Source: a virus (lineage: Duplodnaviria > Caudoviricetes). Taken from it: a DNA stretch of 38,552 bases. The stretch lies in IMG/VR virus record IMGVR_UViG_3300037195_001092, positions 1 to 38,552 of that record. The stretch is one strand, 5' to 3'. The notes under the pieces were generated by a model, which saw only the letters and a list, made by a program, of their open reading frames with translations, was not told the origin of the DNA and did not search any database. A program made the position numbers and the translations under genes. Numbering within the stretch: the stretch's first letter is position 1; every line of letters starts with the position of its first letter. Below are positions 19,660 through 27,054 of the stretch, in pieces.

Positions 19660-21086
19660 CAGTTGAAATACACGTAATCGGTGTCTGCGGTTCCTACCGC
19701 CGTATCCACCCTTGGTTCAAATTTGATCGTGGATGCATATCTGACAGACATGGCCGCATATCTTGTTGCACTCATCAGGTCATCCCGTTCTTTAATGATC
19801 TTTCCGTCTTTTCGGTGGTACATCCGCAATTCAGAAAACCAGTCGGATAGATGGTTGAAGACCTTAAATCTCCCAGACTGCATCCGCATGAAGATGTCGA
19901 GAACTCCTGGTTCCACAGCGTTACCACCGTCTGGATTCGTGAAATGATTGCCCAGCATATTGCACCCAAGCCTGCGATACTGTTTCGCCAAAGGTTCTCC
20001 AGAACCCTTGTCGTGTTGCATACCATCATGCGGCCATGAGATCGGAATCCATTCACCCCTCGCCTTAATTGCGTCTGCATGGACCACTGGAGTTGTTGCA
20101 GATACCCGATACGTGTCGAATACGTGAATCGTGTCCGTGTCCCGATCATGGGCAATCCAGACTGCCGCAAACGGATGATCCCATCCGAAATCAATTCCAC
20201 AGATCTTCGACCAATGCTCTGGAATGGCAAAAGCCTCTTCTTTAATCGATTCCTCATCGATTGGGAAAACCAGACCTGACCCAAGAACTGGTATGCCTTT
20301 AGAACGCATATCACGTTCATGAGGCGGTAGCGCAGAGAGGATCTCTTCTTTGGCTTCTTCCGAGAGGTGTGGTGCATCATCCCAAGTCGCATGATAGAGG
20401 TTCTGGGACTTCTTCAGATCGTTCATGAATGCGGCCACCGTAGCGGTCATTCCTGACTCTGGTGTAAACGTCATCCATACCAATCCTGCGGTTTTTAAGG
20501 TAGCACGTAGAGCCTGAGAATATATCGGCTGTGGCGGTTCCTCATCCAGCCAGACACAGTCCACTGCCGAACCCATCCATTGCTCTTTCCCCTGCTCATA
20601 ACTTTTGAAAAAAAGCTTAGAATTCTTCCCAGAAACGTGCTTGACCACCACCGTACTGATGGCGTTCGGGATTCCAGGGGAACGGTCTGTAGAGATAATA
20701 ACATCTTTGGGCAATGATCCTTTTCCAAACTGCTCTGGATCTCCTGCCTCCCCCAGCATCTCAGCCTGGACAATATCTCTTGTGTTGCCTGACGTGTTCC
20801 CTGCCGCCCAAGCACGGATCGGCCTAAAGAACTTATGGCCCGTCCACCACTTCGGATAACGTCCCGTAAGGTGGATTGCCAACTCGGCCGCACCTGAGAA
20901 AGTCTTCCCCACTTTGTTAGCCGCCATGAGGAGACGTTGTTTTGCACGTCCTCCAAATAAATCCTGTGCGCCGTGGAATGTCTCCTGGTAGGGGTAGGGA
21001 TCATAAAAATCGATTCGGTTGACTTCCTTCCGTTCTTGCAGTTCCTCTGCAAGCCTGAGTGCCTGATCTACTGCTTCTAGTTTCAT
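19659..21086 (-). CDS. terL: Terminase large subunit, P22-like
   Basis: LLMAANKVGKT Walker A, VWLDEEPP Walker B, TFTP..G.T coupling motif, GIDFGWDHPFAAV and DDLMSATRY nuclease motifs. Start taken at MKLEAV. Confidence 0.96.
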   Translation of the reverse strand: MKLEAVDQALRLAEELQERKEVNRIDFYDPYPYQETFHGAQDLFGGRAKQRLLMAANKVGKTFSGAAELAIHLTGRYPKWWTGHKFFRPIRAWAAGNTSGNTRDIVQAEMLGEAGDPEQFGKGSLPKDVIISTDRSPGIPNAISTVVVKHVSGKNSKLFFKSYEQGKEQWMGSAVDCVWLDEEPPQPIYSQALRATLKTAGLVWMTFTPESGMTATVAAFMNDLKKSQNLYHATWDDAPHLSEEAKEEILSALPPHERDMRSKGIPVLGSGLVFPIDEESIKEEAFAIPEHWSKICGIDFGWDHPFAAVWIAHDRDTDTIHVFDTYRVSATTPVVHADAIKARGEWIPISWPHDGMQHDKGSGEPLAKQYRRLGCNMLGNHFTNPDGGNAVEPGVLDIFMRMQSGRFKVFNHLSDWFSELRMYHRKDGKIIKERDDLMSATRYAAMSVRYASTIKFEPRVDTAVGTADTDYVYFN

Positions 21087-21220
21087 GACCCACAAGAATT
21101 GCAGATGCAGATAAATTCCTGAAACGGATGACAAACTTCTTCTTCATCCTCTGGACCCAAATAATAAACATCTTCAATATCCACGGTCTTGCCGCATTTA
21201 TCGCATTCAAAACTATCCAT
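21083..21220 (-). CDS. Small Zn-finger protein (45 aa, CDKCG...CNSC), not in the ORF track
   Basis: Translated by hand: MDSFECDKCGKTVDIEDVYYLGPEDEEEVCHPFQEFICICNSCGS. Abuts the upstream stop and overlaps the TerL ATG (ATGA). Confidence 0.7.
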   Translation of the reverse strand: MDSFECDKCGKTVDIEDVYYLGPEDEEEVCHPFQEFICICNSCGS

Positions 21221-21538
21221 TTATTCCAGAACTTTGGGTATAGCTTTATTTGTCCAATCATGAATCAAAGCTGATTTACTGCCTCCAACATTTTTCCATT
21301 TAACTTTATTTTTATTGCTTTGGACTAATTTTCTTTTAATCAAACGATTTAATGTTCCTATTTTTGGAGATCGTCTATAATTCTCCCTTAATAATTTCTT
21401 TCCTTCTGTTAATGTTAAACCCCGTGCTTTAGACCAAGCTTTTAAATTTTCACCAGAAGCTAATAAGTTTGATCGTCTTTTTTGTTCGGATTTAACCCTT
21501 TCCAACTCATAGGGTGGTTTTTTAAGCCATTCACTCAT
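21221..21538 (-). CDS. Basic hypothetical protein
   Basis: 105 aa, Lys-rich, AT-rich DNA, inserted between terS and terL; coupled at both ends. Confidence 0.65.
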   Translation of the reverse strand: MSEWLKKPPYELERVKSEQKRRSNLLASGENLKAWSKARGLTLTEGKKLLRENYRRSPKIGTLNRLIKRKLVQSNKNKVKWKNVGGSKSALIHDWTNKAIPKVLE

Positions 21539-22032
21539 CAGTTGATGGTTTGAGAAACTTCTTCAGGCTTTTCCACCATTGGAATGATCTCTTCCTCTTC
21601 TTCCTTTTTGTTCTTCCCGAGGAGCGCTTGAGCCGCCTCAACGCCCACCAGCCCGATGATTCGGGATTCGATTTCCTCAACGGATCTTGGTTCGGTGCTG
21701 ACATCAATCCTCTCCACTGGTTTGTATCCTGATCGGTCCAGAAGATCCTTGGCCGCCGCTAATCGAACCGTGTCTGAATTCGATGCTTTCATCAACTCCT
21801 CGACCACTCCCAATGCCCTTGGACCCTTATCCCCCATCCGTCCTTCCATCTCCTGGGCAATCTCTGATTCCAATGCTTTCTTCAACCGATTCCCTTCCTT
21901 CCTGAAATCGGTGTCGGTGTAGTATTTATACCCTGCGTTCTTGGCCGCTAAAGTCGAATCGCCGTGTGTGCAATACTCCTCCAGCCACTTCTCCCGTCTT
22001 GGTCCGATACGCTTCTCGTATTGCTTCTTCAT
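21538..22032 (-). CDS. terS: Terminase small subunit
   Basis: EEY...GD.T.AA..AGY HTH-like motif and SDTVRLAAAKDLLDRSGYKPVE motif. Start MKKQY has a GAGGAG RBS; the track start at 22110 is less likely. Confidence 0.85.
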   Translation of the reverse strand: MKKQYEKRIGPRREKWLEEYCTHGDSTLAAKNAGYKYYTDTDFRKEGNRLKKALESEIAQEMEGRMGDKGPRALGVVEELMKASNSDTVRLAAAKDLLDRSGYKPVERIDVSTEPRSVEEIESRIIGLVGVEAAQALLGKNKKEEEEEIIPMVEKPEEVSQTIN

Positions 22033-22676
22033 CAGGTACTCCTCGAAACTCTTCTCATCATCAAACCTTTCTTCTTCAAGGCTTTGATAGATTTCTCCCT
22101 CTTTTGCCACTCTCCAAGATTCTTCAAACCACGTTTCTTCAGGTCATCTTTCGTCACCGCCACATAATCTTTGCCCTTCCAGGTGAATTTCTTACCTTCG
22201 TAACCACTTTTTCCGTATCTTGCCGCACTGAATGCCTCATTAAACGATTTCTTTTTCTTTTGAGGAGGAGCCGCACTGAATTTCATTCCTCCTGGATCTT
22301 GTTCGGTATAAGTCTTCTCAGGAGTAGGTTTCTTTGTACTTTTGCTTGCAGATCCCAATGCATATCCTCCTCCTGCCGCAGATCCCGTGATGAATACCTT
22401 CCGTCCCACGGAAACATTCCTTGCCCCTTTCAATAACCTCGGCGCATCACCCTTTCCCAAGAACGTGTGACCCCCCTCTGGGTTGATTACTACGTCTTTT
22501 CCAGATTTCGTCTTAGAAACACGCCCTGCGACCTTCGCTCCACCTTTCGTCTTGCCGACTACTCGCTTGCCTCCCTGACCAAAATACCTGAGCGTCCTAC
22601 CAAAACCGCCAGATCTTGTCAGAAACCTCGAAGATCCCCTGATGATTGCCTGAATGATTTGTGCCGCTGGTGCCAT
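22032..22676 (-). CDS. Very basic hypothetical protein with an SF..AF..AR...G...FTW.GK.Y motif
   Basis: 214 aa, Lys/Gly-rich; the short motif recurs in phage proteins as I recall it; function unknown. Confidence 0.6.
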   Translation of the reverse strand: MAPAAQIIQAIIRGSSRFLTRSGGFGRTLRYFGQGGKRVVGKTKGGAKVAGRVSKTKSGKDVVINPEGGHTFLGKGDAPRLLKGARNVSVGRKVFITGSAAGGGYALGSASKSTKKPTPEKTYTEQDPGGMKFSAAPPQKKKKSFNEAFSAARYGKSGYEGKKFTWKGKDYVAVTKDDLKKRGLKNLGEWQKREKSIKALKKKGLMMRRVSRST

Positions 22677-22677
22677 A

Positions 22678-22917
22678 TCAACCCTTTTTCTTTGCTCGGT
22701 TCTTTGATTGATCCATTGATGCTAAATTACCTGTGGAATTGTTGCCCGTGTTCCCATCCTGGTGATGTATATCCTTCCGATCTCCAACCTTCGCTCTCCC
22801 CTCACGCAACCACCTTCTCCGATTACGATTCCTCGCAACCCTCTTCCGTACCTGATCCCTCCTCGCCTGATACTTCCGATCATATTCTGAATAAACTCTT
22901 CCTGATGGTGCGCTCAT
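22678..22917 (-). CDS. Small HNH-type protein
   Basis: GD.KDIHHQDGN..NN...NL.......NR motif with an Arg-rich N-terminus; upstream of the terminase. Confidence 0.8.
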   Translation of the reverse strand: MSAPSGRVYSEYDRKYQARRDQVRKRVARNRNRRRWLREGRAKVGDRKDIHHQDGNTGNNSTGNLASMDQSKNRAKKKG

Positions 22918-23930
22918 GGAACCAACCGCCTTTTCTTGTCACGATGCTTTTTGAACCTTTTCCAAACATTGGAAATCCGCTTCTGAATTCCTGCACCAGA
23001 CCAAGGAGAAGCACCCTCCATGTGCCTTTCGTAATAACCACGATCTGACCCTCTTCCTAATTCTGGAGGATTAACAGCATCAATCGCCGTTCCTACTACC
23101 CCCAAACTGCTCTTCCCTACTGTTTTGGCTACTTTTTTGCCCGTTTCTATTTTTCGCTTACGGGAAATTACTTTGTTTGCACTCGAAGCAGGATAATTCG
23201 GGACTTCCCCCTCTTTCATGTCCCATGCAATCCTGTCCATCCTTTGCTCGTATTTGTCCCCGTACTCTTTCTCTAAATACGGTGCCTTTTCTTTTTTACC
23301 ACCCCTCCAAACAATAGGTTCTCTGTATTCTTTGAATTGCTGATTTTTATAATACAGATTTTCCCGTTGCCACTGATTTTTAATAAATAAATCCGTTCTC
23401 TGAGGGTTTTTCATGTGTGCAACTTCATGAAGTGCAACATGCCTTCCTAAATCTTTCTCCGATTTGTATGCTCCCTTCGGTAAAGGCTTGTGTGTACTGT
23501 GCTTGTCACCCATCTCCCAACTACGCTTGCCTTCAGGCTTGTAATTGAAACTCCCGTATCTCGCTAAAGGCTTCCTTCCTCCTCTCCTTGTGTCTGTCTC
23601 CTCTCCCTCCTGAAAACCCCAATAACGCTTGACGTTCTCAGGCGATATCGAAACCGTCTGCTTTCTGTAATCAGTTCGCCCTAAAACCTTGCCTCCTGAT
23701 TGTTCGTAATCTCCAGGCTGAAAATGAAACGTCCAAGGCTTTGTGTGATCCCTGAATTCCCTTTCCGTAATGTCCATCTTCCTAAATGATTCAAAAGCAT
23801 GCTTCCTGTCCCAAAGATCCTCGTCTAAAACATCTGGACTGCTTGCCGCACCCCTCAACGAACTCTGCATCCGTATCAATTTCTTCTTCTTCAACTTTAT
23901 CGCTTGTGCCGTCTCCATGAAAATCATCAT
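22914..23930 (-). CDS. Hypothetical protein with HEXXH zincin motif
   Basis: HVALHEVAHM; LGRTDY...V.IS upstream; first gene of the late arm. Confidence 0.6.
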   Translation of the reverse strand: MMIFMETAQAIKLKKKKLIRMQSSLRGAASSPDVLDEDLWDRKHAFESFRKMDITEREFRDHTKPWTFHFQPGDYEQSGGKVLGRTDYRKQTVSISPENVKRYWGFQEGEETDTRRGGRKPLARYGSFNYKPEGKRSWEMGDKHSTHKPLPKGAYKSEKDLGRHVALHEVAHMKNPQRTDLFIKNQWQRENLYYKNQQFKEYREPIVWRGGKKEKAPYLEKEYGDKYEQRMDRIAWDMKEGEVPNYPASSANKVISRKRKIETGKKVAKTVGKSSLGVVGTAIDAVNPPELGRGSDRGYYERHMEGASPWSGAGIQKRISNVWKRFKKHRDKKRRLVP

Positions 23931-24007
23931 AACCCAAAAAAATCCATCCCCTGCTCCTAATCTTCATTTAGGCTATAGGTCTTAACATCGACAGAACACA
24001 CCAAGTA

Positions 24008-24063
24008 GAGAGGTGGGAGGAATCATATGCGTACTGCTCGCACTTTGTGCCCCCCACCCCCTC
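24008..24063. promoter_or_regulatory. G/C-tract element upstream of the late arm (candidate pac or late control site)
   Basis: GAGAGGTGGGAGG ... CCCCCCACCCCCTC imperfect inverted repeat enclosing TGCG..CGCA. Confidence 0.35.
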
Positions 24064-24094
24064 ATCGCCAGCACAGCTCCACCATTAGCTAATG

Positions 24095-24245
24095 ATCATC
24101 ATTAGTTATATATACATATTGATCCCCATATCTTATTGAGCAGATAGGCTTATGGTTGCTCTAATGAGTACAGCTACTTAACCAAGGGTATGATCATAGA
24201 ATGAACATAAGATATGGGAATGAAGATTATAGACTAATGGTGATT
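24095..24245 (+). ncRNA. Long imperfect stem-loop, candidate ncRNA
   Basis: ATCATCATTAGT/ACTAATGGTGAT (one G-U) and a perfect 12-bp CCCATATCTTAT/ATAAGATATGGG, with inner hairpins. Confidence 0.45.
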
Positions 24246-24588
24246 AATGCATGTTCTAGTAACACTTATTGCCTAAATTCAAATACCTACATTTAGCATA
24301 GGAATTAATATCATCAGAACATCAGTAATTGCTTTATCTGTTCATAGAATTCTTAATCCACTCTGTGTGAGATGATTCATCAGAGTTTAAGTCATGCACA
24401 CTCTTAAAGATCCATCTATTCATCATCGAAGTTCTTAGCCGTTGAATAATCATTTTATCCAATGGAGATAGGATATTTCTAAGCTATCTAAATGCTCTAT
24501 CTTTCATGCCATTCTCATCTTTTCTCAGGTTTGCATGCTGTCCCACGCTGACAGGCCACTGAAGAGTTGTAAGGTCTTTCCTTTCAAA

Positions 24589-24835
24589 CAATCTCTAGCT
24601 GATTGGGGAATCCCAGAACCTGACCCTGCCATGTTGAGGCTTTGCACATCGGCAACACTGGCACAGCGTTACAGTCATCATCCCCCATCCTCGACAATGC
24701 CCTGATCGGGTTTTTTCTGGTCATTGTTTCATCGTTGGTTTTTGTTTCATTTCAACCATAAAAAATCGAGGAGGGGGGCGTTCTTGGTTGGTGCAGGGTC
24801 AGAACCTGCGATTCCAAAAACCAATCAGGAGATTG
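24589..24835 (+). ncRNA. ~245-nt structured 5' leader that occludes the RBS of the first early gene
   Basis: Nested pairings CAATCTC/GAGATTG, CTGATTGG/CCAATCAG, GGAATC/GATTCC, CTGACCCTGC/GCAGGGTCAG and CCCCCATCCTCGA/TCGAGGAGGGGGG. Confidence 0.7.
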
Positions 24836-24838
24836 ATT

Positions 24839-25135
24839 ATGAAACGAAAAACCAACAACTCTAAAATCAGTAGCCCCATGTCAACGTGGTACAGGGCAAA
24901 GCCTGGAAAATCTGAAAATGGGAATGATAGGCCTCAGATATCTGGAAATATCGAGCTATCTCCACAAATGGTCAAAATGATCATTGCAAACGGAGAACTT
25001 CATGAAGATGAATATCTGGAGTTAAGAGTCAGTGCATGGCCTCAACCTCATGAGAATAATCAACCGACACACAGAGGAAGATTACAATTCTCTGATGAAC
25101 AGATTAAAGAATTCCAAAAAACTAAATCCGCTTAA
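24839..25135 (+). CDS. First early protein (98 aa), possible nucleic-acid-binding beta fold
   Basis: AGGAG RBS at 24827; ATG at 24839; N.RPQISG.I...VSAW.....QP..RG pattern reminiscent of DUF736-like proteins. Confidence 0.7.
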   Translation: MKRKTNNSKISSPMSTWYRAKPGKSENGNDRPQISGNIELSPQMVKMIIANGELHEDEYLELRVSAWPQPHENNQPTHRGRLQFSDEQIKEFQKTKSA

Positions 25136-25141
25136 CAACTT

Positions 25142-25172
25142 AAAGCCTTGCAGAAATGTAGGGCTTTTTTTT
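25142..25172 (+). terminator. Rho-independent terminator
   Basis: AAAGCCTTGCA-GAAA-TGTAGGGCTTT followed by a T-run, 6 nt after the stop at 25135. Confidence 0.88.
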
Positions 25173-25201
25173 ATGCAAACGCTTATACCCTTAAAGGAAA
25201 T

Positions 25202-25585
25202 ATGGAAGAAATTAAAACGAATCACCTAAATAGCACTAACGTAGGTAGAACGAGTGCAAGAGTTCGCAAAAATGATGCCACGTTCGATAATGCTGAAATG
25301 GTTGTTTATGAAGAATATCTACAGTCATTCTGGCCTGACTATAATCCTGTAACTGCAAAATACAGTCATGAGCAAGAACAGCTTAGATCTCGTAACTTTA
25401 GAATAATTGATAGCCCAGTTCAAAAAGCTCAACCAATTGTTTTATCTGATTGCGAGAGATTAACTAACTATCAACTTAGATCCCGATGGGATGAGATGAT
25501 GGTTGTTGCACGACAATTGGTTACTACTAATGAATTGCAGGAATTGATTAATGATCAAGAAGAAAGAGAGCGAGAGCTTATCTAA
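25202..25585 (+). CDS. Hypothetical early protein
   Basis: AAGGA RBS then ATG at 25202 (MEEIKT); 127 aa. Confidence 0.7.
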   Translation: MEEIKTNHLNSTNVGRTSARVRKNDATFDNAEMVVYEEYLQSFWPDYNPVTAKYSHEQEQLRSRNFRIIDSPVQKAQPIVLSDCERLTNYQLRSRWDEMMVVARQLVTTNELQELINDQEERERELI

Positions 25586-25733
25586 TCTACTCAGTAATCC
25601 AATTGTAATGGGTTTGGGAGCCATAATGATGGTTCCCGATTTAATCCCAGTGCTAATAGGAGCATTTATGGGATTTATCATTTCTAAATCTAAAAATAAA
25701 GGAAGTCATGCCCCAGAAAACGAAAAAGTATAG
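25551..25733 (+). CDS. Small membrane protein
   Basis: Hydrophobic IVMGLGAIMMVPDLIPVLIGAFMGFII stretch; start uncertain. Confidence 0.55.
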   Translation: MIKKKESESLSNLLSNPIVMGLGAIMMVPDLIPVLIGAFMGFIISKSKNKGSHAPENEKV

Positions 25734-25947
25734 AACGAACATCAAACAAGATCTGAATGATGCAAGTGAAACCATCAATAATTCCGATTTTGTTGGTGAA
25801 GCAATTAATACGGTTGTGGATCATCAAGAAACAATTGTAATCACTTTATTCAGAATGCTGACTACATTAGTAGTGGGCTTTATTACAGTCATCACGGCTG
25901 TACTCAATATTCCTTTTAAAATCTTCACAAAGAAAGAGGAGTTTTGA
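25708..25947 (+). CDS. Small membrane protein
   Basis: AAGGAAG RBS; C-terminal hydrophobic segment. Confidence 0.65.
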   Translation: MPQKTKKYRTNIKQDLNDASETINNSDFVGEAINTVVDHQETIVITLFRMLTTLVVGFITVITAVLNIPFKIFTKKEEF

Positions 25948-26177
25948 TGAAAGATCTACAGTCATCATATAATCAAAAAGACCAACTATATAATCATACG
26001 CTTGGTCGATTAGCTGGTGTTAAGGCTGGCACTCCCAGACAACTTAAATTCAATCATGTAAACTTTGTTAACTTAAAAGCCAAACGTGATTGGATTAAAA
26101 TGCAGGAAAAAACCCTCCAGAGTCTTCACAAGGTACTCAAACGTCTGAGTACCAAAATCCATGTTCAAGCCGCTTAA
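25944..26177 (+). CDS. Basic hypothetical protein
   Basis: GAGGAG RBS; overlaps the upstream stop. Confidence 0.65.
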   Translation: MMKDLQSSYNQKDQLYNHTLGRLAGVKAGTPRQLKFNHVNFVNLKAKRDWIKMQEKTLQSLHKVLKRLSTKIHVQAA

Positions 26178-26185
26178 ATGCAAAC

Positions 26186-26203
26186 GGGAGTCGTATGGCT
26201 CCC
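26186..26203 (+). repeat. Hairpin GGGAGTC-GTAT-GGCTCCC (copy 1)
   Basis: Stem identical to 26434-26451. Confidence 0.75.
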
Positions 26204-26233
26204 ATTCCTTAAACCCATTCATAAATTAATACA

Positions 26234-26428
26234 ATGAAATTAAACGATTTATCCAATGTTCGATTAGATGATAGAGCCTACAACTTCTTTGCCTTCCACG
26301 ATCATATTCAAGAGATCTGGTTAAATGACCAAAAAGTCTTTACAGAAGTTCCACGTAAAGCTGATGGATCACTTGATGATGATAATCTCACCTATTTCAC
26401 ACGAAGTGAATTTCCTGATTTCTCATAA
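26234..26428 (+). CDS. Hypothetical early protein
   Basis: 64-aa ORF bracketed by the twin hairpins. Confidence 0.65.
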   Translation: MKLNDLSNVRLDDRAYNFFAFHDHIQEIWLNDQKVFTEVPRKADGSLDDDNLTYFTRSEFPDFS

Positions 26429-26433
26429 CACCA

Positions 26434-26597
26434 GGGAGTCGAAAGGCTCCCACATGTCTAATTACAGTCATCAACCAGGATACGCTAACACTCTTAACGC
26501 TCACTCGTGCGCAGGACCGTACAGTCATCACTATGCCAATGTAAGATCCCCTTCGGGGTCCCTTTCACGGGTGAAGGGCCCCTCGGGGGGCGCATGT
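26434..26597 (+). ncRNA. Tetraloop-rich intergenic structured RNA candidate
   Basis: A GAAA hairpin, two TACAGTCATCA copies, then three back-to-back GC hairpins (TTCG, CGGG and TCGG loops). Confidence 0.55.
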
Positions 26598-26618
26598 TAA
26601 TCTCAAACAATAATAATT

Positions 26619-26855
26619 ATGGCAGTAGTATTTTATATTAAAGATTTCCTACGTATTGCAGATGTGGATCTGCTGTATGAGGGACTAAAAATGATTGAAG
26701 ATAGAATATGGGAAGAAGCTGATGTCCAATCAGGTCTTGATGCAGAAAAACTTCAGAGAGTCGAAGATCTCAGATGTTCGATTCTTCAATGTCTTGAACA
26801 CATCTCAAAGGAGAAAAGTAATGAAGTACAGTTGGACACAAAAACCAATCCTTAG
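26619..26855 (+). CDS. Hypothetical protein
   Basis: 78-aa ORF in the early operon. Confidence 0.6.
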   Translation: MAVVFYIKDFLRIADVDLLYEGLKMIEDRIWEEADVQSGLDAEKLQRVEDLRCSILQCLEHISKEKSNEVQLDTKTNP

Positions 26856-27054
26856 ATGGTTTTCATGCTGGCATGGAACTCCATACTGGCATTTTTATGA
26901 TCCCATTGATTGGGAAGAATATGAGATGACACTGAGTTTAAAAAAGTTTCATCCAATACGTTATAAATGGTTCATTTTATTGTGTATTATTGATGAAAAA
27001 GTAACTAAACTAATTGATAAGAAAAACGTAATTAATAACGATATCCCTTTCTAA
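26821..27054 (+). CDS. Trp/aromatic-rich hypothetical protein ending DIPF
   Basis: AAGGAG RBS then ATG at 26821 (MKYSWT). Confidence 0.6.
   Translation: MKYSWTQKPILRWFSCWHGTPYWHFYDPIDWEEYEMTLSLKKFHPIRYKWFILLCIIDEKVTKLIDKKNVINNDIPF

Larger units (their letters stand above)
24670..26530 (+). repeat. Dispersed co-oriented 11-mer TACAGTCATCA (5 exact + 2 near copies)
   Basis: Exact copies at 24670, 25884, 25957, 26463 and 26520; TACAGTCAT core at 25320 and 25361. Confidence 0.9.

Noticed and set aside
19775-21052. Alternative-frame ORFs of 205 and 185 aa inside terL
   Set aside because: Fully nested in a conserved gene, with no RBS or motif support.
11803-24054. 12-mer GGGGGCACAAAG shared in inverted orientation between 11803 and 24043
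   Set aside because: A single low-complexity match; plausible by chance in 38 kb.
23931-24588. Sigma70 promoters for the divergent arms
   Set aside because: They must exist nearby, but I found no convincing -35/-10 pair with correct spacing by eye.
24670-26530. CRISPR array interpretation of the 11-mer repeats
   Set aside because: The repeat is too short, the spacing is irregular, several copies lie in ORFs, and there are no cas genes.
26325-26600. 91-aa ORF over the hairpin cluster
   Set aside because: Overlaps the 26234 gene; its composition is better explained by RNA structure.
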